Shown here in pieces: positions 20,981-33,199 of a stretch of 64,000 nucleotides of DNA. A program made the position numbers and the translations under genes. The number at the start of each line of letters is the position of its first letter. Position 1 is the stretch's first letter. A model generated the notes under the pieces. The model worked only from the letters and a program-made list of their open reading frames with translations, did not search any database and was not told the DNA's origin. Source of the stretch: Lytechinus pictus. Its lineage: Eukaryota. The DNA is taken from assembly GCF_037042905.1 (NCBI RefSeq), contig NC_087245.1, positions 15,688,001-15,752,000 on the forward strand. The letters are read 5' to 3'.

Positions 20981-21770
20981 GGGGATTCTTTCTACAAAGA
21001 AGTTTGATTAATCCAATCAGTCTCAAATATGGAAAGCCAGTGATACCAACATCTAGAATGTACCTAATGCTGGTGAGACCACTGCTTGAGTACGCATCAG
21101 CAGCTTGGGACCAATCCACCGAGGTAAACATCCAATCATGAGAAAGAGTTCAACGACTAGCCGCCAGATTTTGTACCGGTGACTATCGTAGGGAAGAGGG
21201 CTCTGTCACTCACTAAAGCACTAAGAGTTCTTGGTCAGACCAGAAGAAGAAACCAGTGACTCTGAATGCTGTATAAGATGAATAGCGGACTGGTCAATAA
21301 CAGAATACAGGATCTACAAGGGGGAGACAATCAAACTTGCAACCCGGTTCGCCACGAGCGTTTTTTCAGGATTCTTTGTTCGTGAACACTGTAAGGAACT
21401 GGAACAACCTCCCCTTCTCAATTGGTAGTAGCCATTTTCTGGAAACACATTCAATTCAAGACTAAAACAGCTTCAATCAGTCATTCTACAGACACACGTT
21501 GCAAGACTTGGTCCATCAAGTTAGCGTTGATGTGTCATCAAGAGACATTTTCTTGACTCACTTGTTCAGATTCAGATACATGCTCTGTTAAGTCATGTCC
21601 TTGAAATATGACCGAATGCTTGTGCATTGTGATTGTTTTGGTCCATCAGTATCGCAGTATGACCCTTATACAATGGGATGAGTGTATACCTTTTGAATGA
21701 TGACGTTGCTGGCTTTCCATAAATGGAATTGATTGGATCGATCAATCACACCCCTTTGTGAGACGAACCC
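20981..21770. mobile_element. MITE (same family as 26386-26649) interrupted by a LINE fragment
   Basis: Left arm ..ACAAAG..GATTAATCCAATCAG..ATATGGAAAGCCAG pairs with right arm CTGGCTTTCCATA..GATTGGATC..CTTTGTGAGACGAACCC. Confidence 0.65.
21058..21580 (+). pseudogene. Decayed LINE ORF2 C-terminal fragment (CR1/jockey group)
   Basis: YLMLVRPLLEYASAAWDQSTEVNIQS*ERVQRLAARFCTGDYRREEGSVT and a later TVRNWNNLP, with stops and frameshifts. Confidence 0.8.
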
Positions 21771-24700
21771 TAGTAATGCATGAAGAAATCATCATTTTAG
21801 TGTGTGCGTGAAGTTCATCATTGCAAATTGAAATGGCTTCATAAGAAATAATACACAGAGCAATTTGAGTGATTACACATTTTCTATTTCAGCTTTATGC
21901 TGAAATTGTAATGATATTATATAATGATGCATTGTCTATAGAAAGATTCATTACAGATAATTCCTTAATAGGGGTTTGTGAAATAACCAATACGTTGGTG
22001 AGATTGTGTCCGACCCCCCCCCAAAAAAAATAAAAAAAAAAAATAAAAAAAACCTAATCAAAATCAACCTATAATTTAACCATTAAAATTTATAGATTTT
22101 TTTACTATTTGTTCCTTGCCTACACATCGGTTACTTAGGTCAGTTCCTTTTCGAAATATTTTATATGTTTTTTTGTAATATCATCGTTATCATATTCATG
22201 AAGAACAAACATTTTACAATTATGACATTCCATCCTCACTTTATTATGAGGATAATTGATGTATAAAGTTTTGTCTGCGTTGGCGTTTTCTTGGGTTATT
22301 TGGAGTTCTATTCTATTTAATTTATCTTTTAAATTTTTATGTGTTATGACGTACCAATTACACAATTCGTGTTTCAATATTAAGCACACATAAAAGCAAC
22401 AACGCACAAAAATCCTCCCAGCATTTCACAGTTTGAAGTATTTTATAGTTCTACTAATACCCCAATATAATTTGGATGTTTATTGAATACCATATGGGCA
22501 AATAAATGTGTGAAAAGATGAGCTGTTGGAAGGTACACCATTGCATGGCTAACAAAACAGACCAAAGTATTAAAAAAAGCACATAGTGTGCTCTCTTTTA
22601 AAAACAATTAAAATTTCAAAGGAGGATGATTTGCACAATGTTTTAAGAATTTTCATTTTCTTTAGAAAGAAATTTACCTTTTTTGCAGAGGGGGAGAAAG
22701 AAAGAAATAAAGAAAGAGAGGGAGAGGGGGGGGGGGAGAAATAAATATATCTACTGGAAGACTTATCTATATTACATACATTTTTATTACTTTTTGAAAG
22801 TCAAAGTTCCTATTATTTATTATTTTCTTACAAGGGACTCACTCCTAACGGAAAAATAAATCATAAATAATTCAGTTTTCTGAATCTGAATTTCTAAATT
22901 GTACTATATTTTCTTGTCTAGTATATATGAACTGTTTCATTCAAATGCAATTTCGAATTTCTCTGTAATTGTAAATACGAAAGGCTTTCTTACTACAAAT
23001 CTTGATATTTTATTATTTGATTACAATGCAAATTATTGCGAACATTTTAAACAAGAGTGGAATACTGAATTAAAGATATGCTGCAAATTATGATTGAGTT
23101 TATTTAGTTTGTTATTTATGAAGGGAGTCGTACAAAAACGTTTTTTTTCTCATTTAGATTTGTTTTTTTTTTCCATTTAGTCATAGACAGCACCAACTTA
23201 TTATGGTGCTAGGCTGGCTTACAAAGGCAACATCCAATAGAACAAAAATATGGAACATACAATATGACAATAAATCAATACATAAATATATAACGTGGAA
23301 TTACCGATAACATAGTTAATTTTGCGTTTTTATTTTACGTGTACACACATTTATGCCATTTTCTATTTTCTTTGTTCATTAAGTTGCAGTGTTGTTACGT
23401 ATTATGATAAAAAGCATATTCGCATACAACGTAAAATATGCACAAATGCAAAAAGAACACACAGTGCCAAACAATATGAAATATGTCGAAATAGAATGAT
23501 AAAAGAGGAGAAAATGAAGGAATATTATTGCAGCAAAAGGAAATGGACAATCAATACACATTCTCTTGCTCAGTCTCATCTAATTCTTTTTATTGCAGTG
23601 CGCCCTCTTGTTGGCGTTTTTCCCCCTAAAATTTACAAGTCTTGAGACAAAAATCCAGCATAATTCGATAATTTAATCCAGCTTCTTTGTACGGTTGTGT
23701 TATTTGAAATGATCCTGCAATTTTCTATAAGATCGGAGAAAATGAATTTAAGGCGATTGAATAGCGAAGTAACATCTCAATGTACATACTACATAGTCTT
23801 GAAGCTGAATTATCGGGTAGTAGGAACCGTTCGATTGTCGTTAAAAGGGTTCTGTAGTGAGGATGACAATTGGAATGAAACTGATAAATTGTAATCCTGA
23901 TCATCTGGGATCCGGTCTCGTTTACTTGCCAACTTTGATGACTTCAAAACACTTCATAATTAATTATCACATGATTTTTCAAGTATAGATGGGAAACAAG
24001 AGCAATTGGAAGGAAGAAAGATAAGACGAGTATGGAACATTAGGTCAGGGCAATGTTACTATAATAACTTTAACTAAAATGATAAAAAATGATATGACGT
24101 CACATCAAGATCGTCTTGCCCTTCTATAATACCCCTAGTTCAATTGAGAACCCCCCCCCCAAAAAAAAACAAGACATTACCTTCAGTATGTCTAGCCCCC
24201 TCCCCAATATCATTTCCCGATGCCACCCCTGCAGACACTCAAACAGTTGTAGTAGTCAGTGACATTAAATTCGTCATCATGATACATTCAATAAAATAAA
24301 ATATTTCCAAAATTATCCTCACTTGTTGAACGAATATAAGAATTGTAAGATATAAGAATTCGATTAATTTACTATATATTGTTTAGGCAAATTAAATGTG
24401 ACGTAAAAATATGTTCACCCATGCATGACTTGACGGGTCGCTCACATTTTCACGCAGAAGTTTATATAATATAGTTGACGGCAGGTATACTCCTGTAAAA
24501 AAATCATTTTGCACATACTCGTTACGTCAAACAGTTATGGTATTTTGAAAATGGGGTATGAGTATGATTCTTAAAGATAAAAAGTACAATGGCGTACGTA
24601 GCGGGGGGAGGGCGGCAGTTGCTACCCATAAATTTTGAAACCTATCACTACGTTACTGATAAGTTTCACCAAAAAAATCACCAAACGTGTGCACGAAAAC

Positions 24701-26385
24701 ACAAAATTTCACTTTCGATAGTGCGAAAACGCCTCTATGACACTTTCATTTTTCTTGGAAAATTTGTTTATATACGCCTTGCCCCCGCCCCCCAAAAAAA
24801 TCCTGTGTACGGTCATGGACGAAAGGCAAAAGATTATCACTTCCACAAACAAAGAAAAGCGATCAACCGTAGATCAGAACTAATCACTAAACACACTAAA
24901 TGGCGCCGCAACAATAAAGAACGAAAACACCACCGAATTACGCCTACGGGAAGGACTCTGCGCGGTGCACAAAATTCCTGTGGTGCTAGGGAACATCTCG
25001 TCACCTGAAGATCACGGAAAGATTGGTATGGGGCGTTACACAGCTAATAACGACAGATCAAGTATTAACTTCAGAGGTAGGTATACTTTTATAATCCACT
25101 TCTTGAGAACCTTAACGCAATATTTCCGGTCTTACCTTCGGAATCATGACTGGGATGCGTAGTGGTTTTTTTTTCTTAGCACGATACAGGAGCCTATATG
25201 GAATGCTTTGTCAAATACTGCCGCTAAATGATACCTACCGTCTGTCATCGTGAAATAAAAAGTCCAAATTAGCGTAAGGATTCATTTTCCCGCTCTTCAG
25301 ACGGTATTTATCTTTAGACGATACCATGTGACAGTGGCAAATAGTCGGAAATATATAAAGATGCAGATTAACCAGAAATATTTGTTTAAATGCACTCATC
25401 CGTATGTCAATGTATCGCTGTCCCTGGTCAAAGAAAAAATGGGCTTCTTTAAGTGTGTTCAGGTCCGAACCTCGACTCGGTTCGCACGAACAGGTTGGGT
25501 GTAAGTGTGTGTGTGTGTGTGTGTTGTGCGTTTATTAGAAATGACATGTATTCAGTCAATAAAATGGTGCGAGTTATTTAGTTATTTATCAATCAGATAT
25601 GATTATTTACGCATGGGACCGACCTTTATAACGTCACCACCCAAATTACTTGAGTCCAGAGCTCGAACCTCGAACCTCTACATTACTACATCAATTCGAA
25701 ACTGCTACATGTAACTTGGATTACAGGTGCACGCTACATTGCGCCCAGTATCATTCAGGTATTCTTCCATCAAGTCGTCATTACTACCCTAAAATACCTA
25801 ATATTCGATTAAAAGTAAAACAAAAACAAAAATTTATTACGTAAATATACAAGTAAACAGCATTTTTCATGAAGGAATTTTAACCCCAAAGTGCGTAATC
25901 TCAAGTTAAAAAACACTTGGCATTGTTTTATAGATATATCAATGTTTGCTCTAAAAAACAAACGTGTGAAGAAATAAGACGCCATCTGGGAATGAGATGA
26001 GATTAGGTCTATCCATGTAATTTGATCACAGAAAAATGCCTATGGCTTGATCAACTTCGAATTAAAGCATCACAAATGTGTCATTTGTTTTTATAATTGA
26101 ATTACTTAGAATTGTTTTTGACTTGGTTTATTTTTATCCTTTTCAGACAATCATTTGAATATATGTATTACCATATACGTTTTGGATGCTTTTCCTTAAG
26201 TATGTCCCCTGTTTTTACCCCTGTGGGTGTAAAAAAAGAAATCAACACTTGGGCATCTGGACGGAGCAAGATGTTATTGCGAACATTCTAGCCATTTAAT
26301 ATTCTTATCAGGAACATTTGTGTTGTGGAACTTCAATCACTTTCCTCCTTATTGTTGTGTGATTATACCAACGAAGACGTCATAA

Positions 26386-26649
26386 GCCCCGTCTTACACA
26401 TCAGGGATGTGATGGATCTGATCAATTTCAAATATGGAAAGCTTGCACAGCCATAATCATTTTTCTATAAGCGTTTAAACGAAGGGATCTAGCTGATGGA
26501 CCTAAACAATGACACATGCATTGGTATTTCTATTCAGAGAACCTAATTTGAAAGGGCATAATAATTATGTGCATTTTTAGATGATATTGTCGCCAGCCGC
26601 TCATATTTGAGATTGATTGGATCAATGACACTCCTTTGTGAGATGGGGC
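26386..26649. mobile_element. MITE with long imperfect TIRs (Harbinger/Tourist-like)
   Basis: GCCCCGTCTTACA..GATC..ATCAATTTCAAATATG versus CATATTTGAGATTGATTGGATC..TTGTGAGATGGGGC; flanked by TAA/AAA. Confidence 0.65.
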
Positions 26650-28125
26650 AAATATCCCGAATATTTCATGTTAGCAGATCGATTGTCATGACCTGAAGAT
26701 GTAAATATTGTTCCTGTCAGTCTGACATTTCACGCTACAAGAAATCAGAATGTCAACAGAAATTCCAGGACATCGCGCATTGCCTGGAGTTTACTTCAAG
26801 ACTTTCGGCATAAATTGTCAGGTGACACCTAAAGGTCGTGTCACATGACACAAAGGGTGAGTCACATGACCCGTACCTGACTCGCCTTAATGCAATTTGC
26901 AAGAGTCCCTCATGAGATGGAGACGATGGTATTTTTTTTTTACTTTCTTTCATCGTTATATTAGAGAAGAACATTCATCATACCAATAATATAAACGTTA
27001 AACATGTTTAACCAAAAGATTAGCGATGTATAAGAGGCAGGTCCTCATTAATGATTACGATATCCCTAAATATCTCTTTTCTACCCAAATTTATTTTAGA
27101 AATTCGAAATGTGCTTCGAAAGACCAGCTCCTTATCTTAAACAAGGGAGAAAAATAACCTACACACCACTCAGAAGTTGGCCGGTGATTGGGAATTACCT
27201 TTTTCCCCCAACAACGTATCATTCATAATAATTTTTTTATGGGAGCACCTACATCAAAGGCGCTTTTACATTATTCGTTGTTTCCCATTATAATTTTAAG
27301 AGTGTATATTTACGTATTTTAGCAGTCGAATGTATGAATGAAACAGAAATGAAAAAAGAAAATAAAATAGCAAAACCTAAAAAATAATTGAAAAAAAACC
27401 TTATAATACAAAAGGAATACAACCGATTTTTAGATATTATTCCAGGAATCGTTTTACAAATGTAGGAAAATCAGTCATAAGAAATAAAATATAAACATTA
27501 AGAAAGCATAGTTAAGGGAGTGGCGATATAACCTGCAAAATAAAGCTCAACAGTTTAACATTGGGAAAAAGAAAATATGCGTGGAGGAGATAGATAGGAA
27601 AATGGAGAATAGAATAGAAAAAGGGAAACCGAGCGATATCAAAGACTGAGAGAAGGAGAAGTTGGGGCTAAAAGAAGGCGATGGGGGTGTTTGGAAGCTG
27701 GAGGGAGACAAAAAGACGAATTAGATCAGGAGAGAGTATGAGAAAGAGAGAAAAAGAAGGGAAGATAGAAAGGGTGAAAGAAAGATAGAGAAGTATGCTT
27801 TCACGTTGGTGTTGACCTACTCCATAAGATAAAAAAAACAAAGGTGTGATGATGGGTCAGCTTTTTTCGCATCACTTCTCCAATCTCTATAGCGCCTATG
27901 TTAACTCCAGACAATCGTATATACCACATCAACCACTAACAGGTGAAAACTTACTCGCCATAGCACTAATTACATCTTACATGAAGGGATTGGTATTCAT
28001 TCAACATCGATCGGATTTTATCTCTTTTCCGTCTTCTTTAATCTCTTTTCATTTGTTGATCTTGATGCTTTTCCCCTATTCTACAACCGCCAATGACCGA
28101 TTTTTTGAAAAATATACCGCTAGAT

Positions 28126-28127
<2 letters not shown>

Positions 28128-28184
<57 letters not shown>

Positions 28185-28201
28185 TATTTATATATATATA
28201 A
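28128..28201. repeat. (TA)n microsatellite
   Basis: Directly visible. Confidence 0.95.
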
Positions 28202-28616
28202 ATCTTTCGAAAACAAAATAAATCTATAATCAGCAAAAATCTATAAATGATTACATGAATGATATTGTGTTTACAATTTATTCGGATTTATTTTGATGTG
28301 ACCATTCTTGTGAATTAGTTGAGTTTTCTACCCATATTCAGTCAATTGAATTTGTTGTGATTTAGTATTATATTCAATATTTGCTTGATTATAAAGGCTT
28401 AATTAATGTGAAAAACTGAGATTTATGATTGTATGAAAAATCATCTTGGGCCTATGTGTTCTTAAGACCAAGAACATCCTTCCTGGTCTTGTTTTGCTGA
28501 TAAATTTATGCTAAATAAGAAAAGTCTATATGCATAACAAATAATAAATACACAATAAAGCAAGAAAAAAAATCGCCCATGGTACTAATTATTGATATGG
28601 GATAGAGGGAAAATAC

Positions 28617-28651
28617 CATAGAGAGATACTTACTAGCAATGTATCTCTATG
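28617..28651. mobile_element. 35-bp palindromic micro-element with 8-bp TSD
   Basis: GAAAATAC | CATAGAGAGATAC-ttactagcaat-GTATCTCTATG | GAAAATAC. Confidence 0.7.
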
Positions 28652-29660
28652 GAAAATACCAATAATTGCTGAGCAAGCATTATCATATGAAATATAACGG
28701 GAAATGCAACACTTCATTGCACATGACTTTTAAACTGACTTTATAAGTAACTTTTACCAAACTACAAGAATACCTTTTAAAACAAGTGTCAAAGCTTTGG
28801 AAATTAAACTCTACTTCATCTCATATAATTGTCTTTTTGCTAAGATTCCCCCTTTCCGGTTCTCTTTTTTGTCTTCCCTCCGCGCAAATTTTCCTTTTAA
28901 AGTGAAGAAAGAGTCTCTAATTTCAATAAGAACAGGAGAGGAGTGGTAATGGAAAACCGGTGAGGAGTAAAATGACGTTTCGATCGAGGAAAGGAGACCT
29001 GTTTCTTCCCCCTGGTAATTGCGAAGCAGGTGCTTCTCGGGGACCTGTCGGGCTCCACGAAGGAAGACGAAAGGGACCATCTCTTGTAAGCTCTTAAATT
29101 TCGTGGTGAGGTTAACGTTGTCTTTCCAATAGAAAAATAATTACCTTGGTAGTTTTATTAGCTTCATGTTTTGAGGCGCAATATTGGCTTCATAATCCAG
29201 ACTTTGTTCGAAGCGATTCTTGAGGTTGGTTAACGTTCAAATGAATGCCGTGATGAGAGATAGAAAACAAGTTAGATTCAAATGTTTTAACTTATGATGA
29301 GGTAAACATTAATGATGTTTTACTTCTTAAAGCTTGGGAGGAGTTCCAAATTAGTAATAAAATGTCATAAAGCACTTGTAATAATTATTTATCGAGTCTG
29401 TATACCCAGAAAATTCATCATCCTTAGTATTTTGGATATTCATTGTTTTTATTTTTTTCATATATTTAATTTGCTTGAGTGCACAATCAAGAACTTATAC
29501 AATGCATAATTGATGAGCGTATTCTATTCACATCCGCACGTTTTATTGAAGAATCACATTAGTACCAAAGATCCGTATTCTCAAGCTTTAATATGTCAAC
29601 ATTTTGTTAATATTGTTTTTTTTTTATTTTTATTCTGTTCTTTCCCATTGCTTTTTAATG

Positions 29661-29929
29661 CAGTGGCGCAATGAGCCAAACATTTTGAGGGGGCATGATG
29701 TGACGCATCGGGCAAAATTGTTAAGTTGCCAGTGAGCGAAGCGAGTGAGCAAATACTTTTTAATTACAAAATCGAATTTTGTTAGCGATTTCGACATAAT
29801 GTTCAGAAAATAATATCATATTTCACCCTCATCTCTTTCATTTATTTCCTTTTTACATTTTTTCCTTGGTCCTTTTTTTTTTTTTTGGGGGGGGGCAACC
29901 GCCCCAAAGCCCCCATCTGTACTCCACTG
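29661..29929. mobile_element. hAT-like MITE (~270 bp)
   Basis: CAGTGGCGCA...TACTCCACTG termini; 8-bp TSD TTTTAATG/TGTTAATG. Related sequence occurs at ~13875-14100, ~38800-39160 and inside 45548-46943. Confidence 0.7.
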
Positions 29930-32291
29930 TGTTAATGGTGAAAAAAAATTATATTTATTATTCAAGGACAGTTTTTAAATGTACTGAGTATAAAATATGC
30001 TGACATATTTAACCATAACTGTTGATAATGTGTCACGATTGGCTATCCATAGTTACACCAAAACTTGTTTAGACCAGAGATTGAATTAATTAACTTCCGA
30101 AAACAAGCCTGTGTGTTCATGTAAATGTATGTTGTCTCATTATGACTTGTGGAAATCATGTGTTCCGTATGTTTACATCATGGTCTCGATGTTAGATTTG
30201 AAATGAGTGGTAACGATTTGATGATTTTATTCTGTATCCCATTTATTTCATTATGGCACCAGGAAATTACCCTATAGATACGACAACGTAAATGCCATAA
30301 CGGTGATACATTGAATAATTAATAAAAGGAGACTATATAAAGAAATCATTTTGGAACGTTAATTCAATCATACTTGCTTGATGGTATTCACTTTAAAGTT
30401 GATTATTTCTAACGAAGCGTTTTTAACTAAAAAAATTCTGCAAATATTTCAGTATATTTTTAATCTAAGCTCAAGATGTCACTTTATCATCCCTTTTTCA
30501 CTATTTCCATTGATTCTTGGCGGAAAATCAATTCAAAACAGGATTTCAAATCAACAAACAAACAAACATACAAAAATCCTTGATTTCTCATAAACCTATA
30601 CGTATAACTACCCCCCTTGGACAATTTATTTTCAGGGCGCCCTACCCGGAAAAAGCGATTAATATATTTTGTTCCTTTGTCGCTGATCACAAGTAGGTGC
30701 CAATACGCCGCGACGATTTGATTTGTTGTAGTCGTTGAGTTCGATTCAGGGTAACAAAGATCATCTTCATATTCGTTTTCAATGTCATGTCAAGGCGTAC
30801 AGAAAAAGATCTAAAGGTAAACAAGCAACTGAATGGACGGCAAAGTGAATTGCAATATGGGGGGGGGGGGAGGGGCGGGACATACACTGACGTCATTTAT
30901 TTATAATTAGTAATAATTCAGGGATTAAGTACAGTTTTACGACTCGGCCCTCTTTTTATACACATTTTTCTTCTCTCTTATCTTCATTTTCACTTTTATT
31001 TAAATGATAAATTAATTCATCAAATAATTTATTTATTAATTGATCAATTAATTATTGATTAATTAATTTATTTGTTTATTTATTTATCTATCTATCTAAT
31101 TATTCATTTATCTATTAATTGATTTTTGGATTGGTTGAATGGGGAGGGGTTGATTTTTATATTCTTTAATGGATATTAATGAATTAAATGTAATACTTAA
31201 ACCATGATTTTTAAATAAGAACTACTTTCAGCACTGTGGTGTCACCAGAAAGAAATGTATTTTGCATTCTTTTGAGAGAAAAAAAGACCCCGCTATCGAA
31301 CACTAGAACACAAAGATTCGGTCATTAACGTTATGGCCAAGTGGACAATTATATTAAGCATTATGAAAAAAAAACACAATATAGACTTAGTTTTTAAAAA
31401 ATACCCCAAATCAATGCATTTTGAAGCAAATACTTCCTTTTGAAAATTAATGGTTTGATCTTATCTGTATCCTGTAAACATAACAAATCTATAAATGTGT
31501 GGTCATATCATGATTATTGGATTAAACCAATCCCTACTTTTTCAAAATTGATATGTAAATTATATTTTTTTTATCATTTGTGGAATGGGGAATGGCCAAT
31601 TATTTTCAAGACAAAATTCTGAATAGCATAATGTTATTACATCACGTGCTAGTCTTATTTTTCTGAGCCTCTCCACTTCCTGCCTCCTAAAATAGACCGG
31701 AATCACATCTGGTAAGCCCTGCACTTTGGATAAAAAGGAAAATTACAAAGTGAAGATTAATTTCGATTTCATACCCATATTCGCATCTGAGGGATCTCCC
31801 CCGAGATATACTCACGCCCCCATCGTCTATTCCCCGTATGGTTAGCAATATGGCTACATACCGTCCCAGTTAAATTGTTTCCGTTTTCATCTGTTCAAGA
31901 GGTTATTTCCCGAGGGGGTAATGAGCTGAACTTCTTTCATTCAAACCAGGATCGGCGCCACCCCTTTGATTTTCATGTGATACAAAGATGGAGGAATGGC
32001 ACTGATAAAGAAAGGTTTTGGAAGTGGAATTTAAAGTATCCCCATCTAAGATCATTTACGCCAAACCTTTATTCAATTCAATTCATCTATCCATAAGCTG
32101 AATAAAAAACATGAAATAATAATCGAAATTTACAAAACAAATAATTAACACAATAAAATGAACATGTAACAATTGAGAGTATGAGGAATGTGGTAAAGGC
32201 CAAGAACATATCACAGGCTAACCCCGAAATGATATCAGTAAAATTATTGAGTTGTTAATTACAATTACAGGATATTTCCAGGATAGGGAAA

Positions 32292-33199
32292 ATAGGGAAA
32301 AGAAAGTATCTGACCCCAAGTGCAATTGAACGATTAGTTCATGCATTCGTGTCATCAAATTTGGAATACTGCAATAGCTTATTTTGCGGTTTACCAGACT
32401 CTCTTATCCAACCTCTCCAACGTATCCAGAACAAGGCTTGTAACTCGTTCCAGAAAGCAAGACAACATCACCCCTATCCCCCATTCTCTTCACTGGTTTC
32501 CTGTCTCTGCACGTATCATCTTCAAAATCTTGATTATAACTTACAAAACCCAACATGGTCAAGCCCCTTCTTATATTACCGACCTTCTCTCACCCAGGAT
32601 CCCGACAACCTCCATTCGACTCCGATCTTCCACACAGTCATCTTCATCTGCAACTGGCTCAAGGACCCAGAGCTCGGACAAGGTATGGGAACCGAGCATT
32701 TAGTGTTGTTGCTCCAAAGTTTTGGAATGACCTTCCCATAGAATTGAGGGATGCCCCGTCATTCGAATCATTCAAAGCTTCCCTCAAAATTTACCTTAAC
32801 AATTCTTCCTTTAAGTTTTAAGTTTAATATTGTCAATATCAAACGATTATTCCTTTATTTCTTGTTTGTTTACGTTTAGCTATTGCACTGCTTTATCATT
32901 CTAACATAATTTATATGTCATTGTATTTCTGATAATTCATTTTGTTTAACTTATTGTATTCGAACTATTTAATTAATAAACGTCATTGATTTTATTATTA
33001 TCATTATTTTGTATTTCCCAACTTGAGTAGGCCGTTTTCTTAGCTAATTTGTAATATGAAAATACTTTACACTGTACATTTCCTTTCTTGTTTGTTAAAA
33101 TAATCAATTACATGAATGTATACTCTTAATCGTTTTGTAAGCGCTCTAGAAACACCATGTATTAAGCGCTATATATTTATAATATATTATTATTATTAT
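32292..33199 (+). mobile_element. 5'-truncated, frameshifted L2-clade LINE
   Basis: RKYLTPSAIERLVHAFVSSNLEYCNSLFCGLP..LQRIQN / RLVT..ITPIPHSLHWFPVSARIIFKILIITYK..GQAPSYI / YGNRAFSVVAPKFWNDLP..FKASLK across three frames; 3' end TGTAAGCGCT..AAGCGCTATATA followed by (TAT)n. Confidence 0.9.

Noticed and set aside
22100..22680. Possible very old L1/Tx1 C-terminal remnant on the minus strand (ORF 22135-22407)
   Set aside because: Only a vague compositional resemblance, with no motif I can state with confidence.
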